Program-made: the position numbers and the translations under genes
Source: Bacteroidales bacterium
Lineage (GTDB): Bacteria > Bacteroidota > Bacteroidia > Bacteroidales > UBA7960
Reading direction: 5' to 3'
Assembly (NCBI GenBank): GCA_007135645.1
Contig: SLIL01000028.1
Coordinates: 1 to 54,649, forward strand
DNA: 54,649 bases
The notes under the pieces: generated by a model
What the model was told of the DNA's origin: nothing
What the model saw: only the letters and a program-made list of their open reading frames with translations
The model's database searches: none
Part shown: positions 52,682-54,649 of the stretch, in pieces
Layout of the letters: the number at the start of each line of letters is the position of its first letter
How positions within the stretch are numbered: the stretch's first letter is position 1

Positions 52682-52883
52682 GCCTGCTTCAGAAAGTGCA
52701 ATACCCCCCGGCCCCCTAAGAGGGGGAGCCCGCAGTCTATTGAATTCATATGAGTTATCAAGGGTGGTTTTTTCAATATCATTTAATTAAGACTTTCTAG
52801 AGGACACTCAAGATTTAATGGTTTAAACGTTGAGAAGTAAATAAGAATAAATTATCTTGTTCTGAACTCAGCCTCAGTCATTG

Positions 52884-52919
52884 CCTAAGCCTGAGCCTTA
52901 ACCTTAACCTTAGCCTCAC
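52884..52919. repeat. Imperfect hexanucleotide tandem repeat (CCTNAN)x6
   Basis: CCTAAG CCTGAG CCTTAA CCTTAA CCTTAG CCTCAC in phase. A further CCTCAG unit lies 12 nt upstream. The last unit contains the mobA stop codon. Confidence 0.8.
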
Positions 52920-53497
52920 TCAATATCCTCCCTGTAATTAATATTGGCAAACAGTTTTTCCGAATAAAATGTCTTATCGTCTATTTCGGGATAAAACGTT
53001 TTCAATGGAGCTATGGCATCGAATATTTTGTACCGTTGTTCCTTAAGCGCATTCTCCAGTGCAGGGGAGCAGCTTTTGTGGTAATAACTGGCCATTGTTT
53101 CCCTGAATCCCTTGTGCATGGGCATTACTACCTGGTATCCGGGGCTGTTATGCAGGATAAATTCAAATAGCCTGGTGTCAAGCCACGGCATATCACAACC
53201 AATCACCAGGTGGTGCATCGTTGAAGACTGCTCCAGGCAGGCATGGATGCCCGCCACAGGTCCACATCCGGGATAAATGTCTTCAACGGTTGGCCAACCG
53301 GTAAACCTAAATTTATCTGGCTGGTTTGTGCTCAAAAGGATCTGCCCACACATAGGTTTAATGATTTCAATGGAATACTCTACCAGTTTTTTCCCACGAA
53401 AGGAGAATAAGGCCTTATCACTTCCAAAACGGCTGCTCTTGCCACCGGCCAGTATGATCCCGGTAACCTCAGGGGGAGAAATGGTGTTTGTTGCCAT
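52916..53497 (-). CDS. mobA: Molybdenum cofactor guanylyltransferase
   Basis: 193-aa ORF with GIILAGGKSSRFGSDKA nucleotide-binding motif and a GCDMP region. Confidence 0.88.
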   Translation of the reverse strand: MATNTISPPEVTGIILAGGKSSRFGSDKALFSFRGKKLVEYSIEIIKPMCGQILLSTNQPDKFRFTGWPTVEDIYPGCGPVAGIHACLEQSSTMHHLVIGCDMPWLDTRLFEFILHNSPGYQVVMPMHKGFRETMASYYHKSCSPALENALKEQRYKIFDAIAPLKTFYPEIDDKTFYSEKLFANINYREDIE

Positions 53498-53553
53498 ATG
53501 GTGATTTAATTGGTAGTTTTAAGGCTAAAGCCATTTGACGGATCAAACAGGTG

Positions 53554-53778
53554 TCAGAGATTCGGATCATTTCCTGCAAGCAGTGCCCTGTTGAGAAACT
53601 CATTGAATGGTTTTATCCTTTTGAGAATTTCCACAACTTTGTGAATGGCTTCCGGGGCTGAGAGCATACCAGCCGGGATATTGCTGGTTGCCGTAAAGCT
53701 TTTGATTTTCAGGTTACTGGAATCTGCTACATGCCGGGCCCTGGCAACTACCACTGCCACACTCCATGGAGAAATCAC
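53554..53778 (-). CDS. Hypothetical small ORF (74 codons, GTG start), possibly the 3' part of a frameshifted gene
   Basis: Open frame with coding-like composition and no motif I recognise. Overlaps the upstream ORF by 65 nt in another frame. Confidence 0.35.
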   Translation of the reverse strand: MISPWSVAVVVARARHVADSSNLKIKSFTATSNIPAGMLSAPEAIHKVVEILKRIKPFNEFLNRALLAGNDPNL

Positions 53779-53953
53779 TCTTTTTAGCCTTGCCGGGTTT
53801 GGGTTCGCGTTTTTCAGAGCACTCCTCTTTACACTCGGGGCAATAAGCTATGTATTTCCAGCAAGGGCCGTAGATATAATCCATGTATTCTTTTTTAAGG
53901 CCCTGGTTGTCCTCAAAAGTTAATTTGCAAGGTTCACAAAAAAATATACCCAT
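53714..53953 (-). CDS. Hypothetical cysteine-rich small protein (zinc-ribbon-like CxxC...CxxC plus CGSGSC)
   Basis: 79-aa ORF with ATG start, CEPC ... CPEC pairs 28 residues apart, and C-terminal ECGSGSCQGPAC. Confidence 0.45.
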   Translation of the reverse strand: MGIFFCEPCKLTFEDNQGLKKEYMDYIYGPCWKYIAYCPECKEECSEKREPKPGKAKKSDFSMECGSGSCQGPACSRFQ

Positions 53954-54027
53954 CGTGCGATCTTTTAGATTTGATAATAGTCAGATTTATTATCAAAAGT
54001 AAAAAAAATGCAACAATGATTGAAACA

Positions 54028-54649
54028 CTATTTTGAGTTTTTGTTTCGCCAGTTGTTATAATGCAAATCCAGGACAGACGTTAACTTTTCTTCCTCAATT
54101 ACACCCCGGTGTTGAAACAAAACTTCCCCATTCTGAAAAAGTGCCAGGAAAGGAATGGCCGTAAGTCTCAAATCTCTCATCAGCTGCCTGCTGGCATCGG
54201 CATTAATCTTTACAATCTGAACCCTTCCTTCATACCTGCTTGTTAGATCATCAATCATAGGCATCATTTGCATGCAGGGGCCACACCACGGCGCATAAAA
54301 ATCAATTAAGACAAGCTGATCTGTAGAAACCAGCTGCCTGAATTCAGCAAGATCATACCCATCCTGCGCATCTGCAGAAGCATTGGGAGAAACCACGACA
54401 GGCAATTCTGCATAATGCCACTCCATGATTCCCCTTTGCAGGTTATAAACCTGCGTATAGCCATTGCGAATAAGATACTGGGCTGCTATATTGCTTCGGC
54501 TGCCTGTATTGCAATAAAGATAGATTGGTTTATCTTTTGGCAGTTTCAGCAGGCTCTGGGCAAAATCAGGGGCGTAGAAATTCAGCTGTCCTGAATTTTC
54601 CAGGTGCCCACTGTTAAATTCGCGCTCTGTTCTTACGTCAAGCAAAATG
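54028..54649 (-). CDS. Rhodanese-thioredoxin fusion protein (N-terminus beyond window edge)
   Basis: Rhodanese domain (LDVRTEREF...YCNTGSRS active-site loop) followed by a thioredoxin domain with WCGPC. The reading frame is open to the window end. Confidence 0.85.
   Translation of the reverse strand, partial: ILLDVRTEREFNSGHLENSGQLNFYAPDFAQSLLKLPKDKPIYLYCNTGSRSNIAAQYLIRNGYTQVYNLQRGIMEWHYAELPVVVSPNASADAQDGYDLAEFRQLVSTDQLVLIDFYAPWCGPCMQMMPMIDDLTSRYEGRVQIVKINADASRQLMRDLRLTAIPFLALFQNGEVLFQHRGVIEEEKLTSVLDLHYNNWRNKNSK

Noticed and set aside
52598-52915. Possible molybdenum-cofactor (Moco) riboswitch upstream of the membrane-NTPase gene, given the mobA context.
   Set aside because: Reading the minus strand, I could not find the conserved Moco-motif elements I remember, or a convincing multi-stem fold. 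Only a covariance-model search (Rfam RF01055) could settle it, so it is not claimed.
52880-52919. Possible stop-codon read-through or mini-ORF giving an (Arg-Leu)n peptide from the hexamer repeat after mobA.
   Set aside because: In the mobA frame the TGA is followed two codons later by TAA, so read-through adds almost nothing. The Arg-Leu frame is out of frame with mobA and has only a GTG start overlapping the last mobA sense codon and its stop. It is most likely a by-product of the repeat.
53645-53923. 92-aa plus-strand ORF opposite the Cys-rich small ORFs.
   Set aside because: The translation is low complexity and hydrophobic. It is antisense to two ORFs that fit the surrounding minus-strand gene orientation, and it has no start context.

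Overview
The window looks like Bacteroidota chromosome and is mostly core housekeeping. Evidence for the lineage: a fused lpxC/fabZ gene, a PorX-type CheY-PglZ regulator, TAnnTTTG promoter boxes, no tuf between fusA and rpsJ, and no adk after secY.

Gene content, left to right:
- 1-60: the 3' part of a tRNA-Lys(UUU).
- 129-4245, minus strand: a secreted esterase, then an alanine-dehydrogenase-family gene, tsaE and a porX-like gene.
- 4572-9979, plus strand: the lipid A block (HD phosphohydrolase, lpxD, lpxC/fabZ, lpxA) followed by an orphan ABC ATPase.
- 9960-16134: a more accessory stretch with a lipoprotein serpin, a soluble receiver-histidine kinase hybrid, two tandem paralogous outer-membrane beta-barrel genes and an erythromycin-esterase-family gene.
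- 16193-27348, minus strand: a sigma-54 activator, ppx/gppA, an ABC-2 exporter pair, dnaJ, grpE, murA, a DUF4290 gene and a uvrD-like helicase.
- 27524-28624: an S9-family hydrolase.
- 28912-47444, plus strand: the complete str/S10/spc/alpha ribosomal protein cluster, rpsL through rplQ. It includes secY, map, infA and rpmJ; rpmJ is absent from the ORF track.
- 47660-50821: eno and a Na/Pi cotransporter.
- 50846-54649, minus strand: a co-directional cluster of a rhodanese-thioredoxin fusion, two overlapping cysteine-rich small ORFs, mobA and a 583-aa polytopic-membrane/P-loop NTPase fusion.

I found no CRISPR array, transposase, integrase, phage gene or recognisable defence system.

The most unusual items are:
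1. The mobA-linked membrane-NTPase cluster and its repeat-rich 318-bp spacer.
2. Two atypically long (164 and 174 bp), structured spacers inside the otherwise tightly packed ribosomal operon, at rplP-rpmC and rpsE-rpmD.
3. The structured rpsL leader carrying two promoter-like boxes.

All functional calls come from reading the translated ORFs and recalling family motifs. No database search was run.
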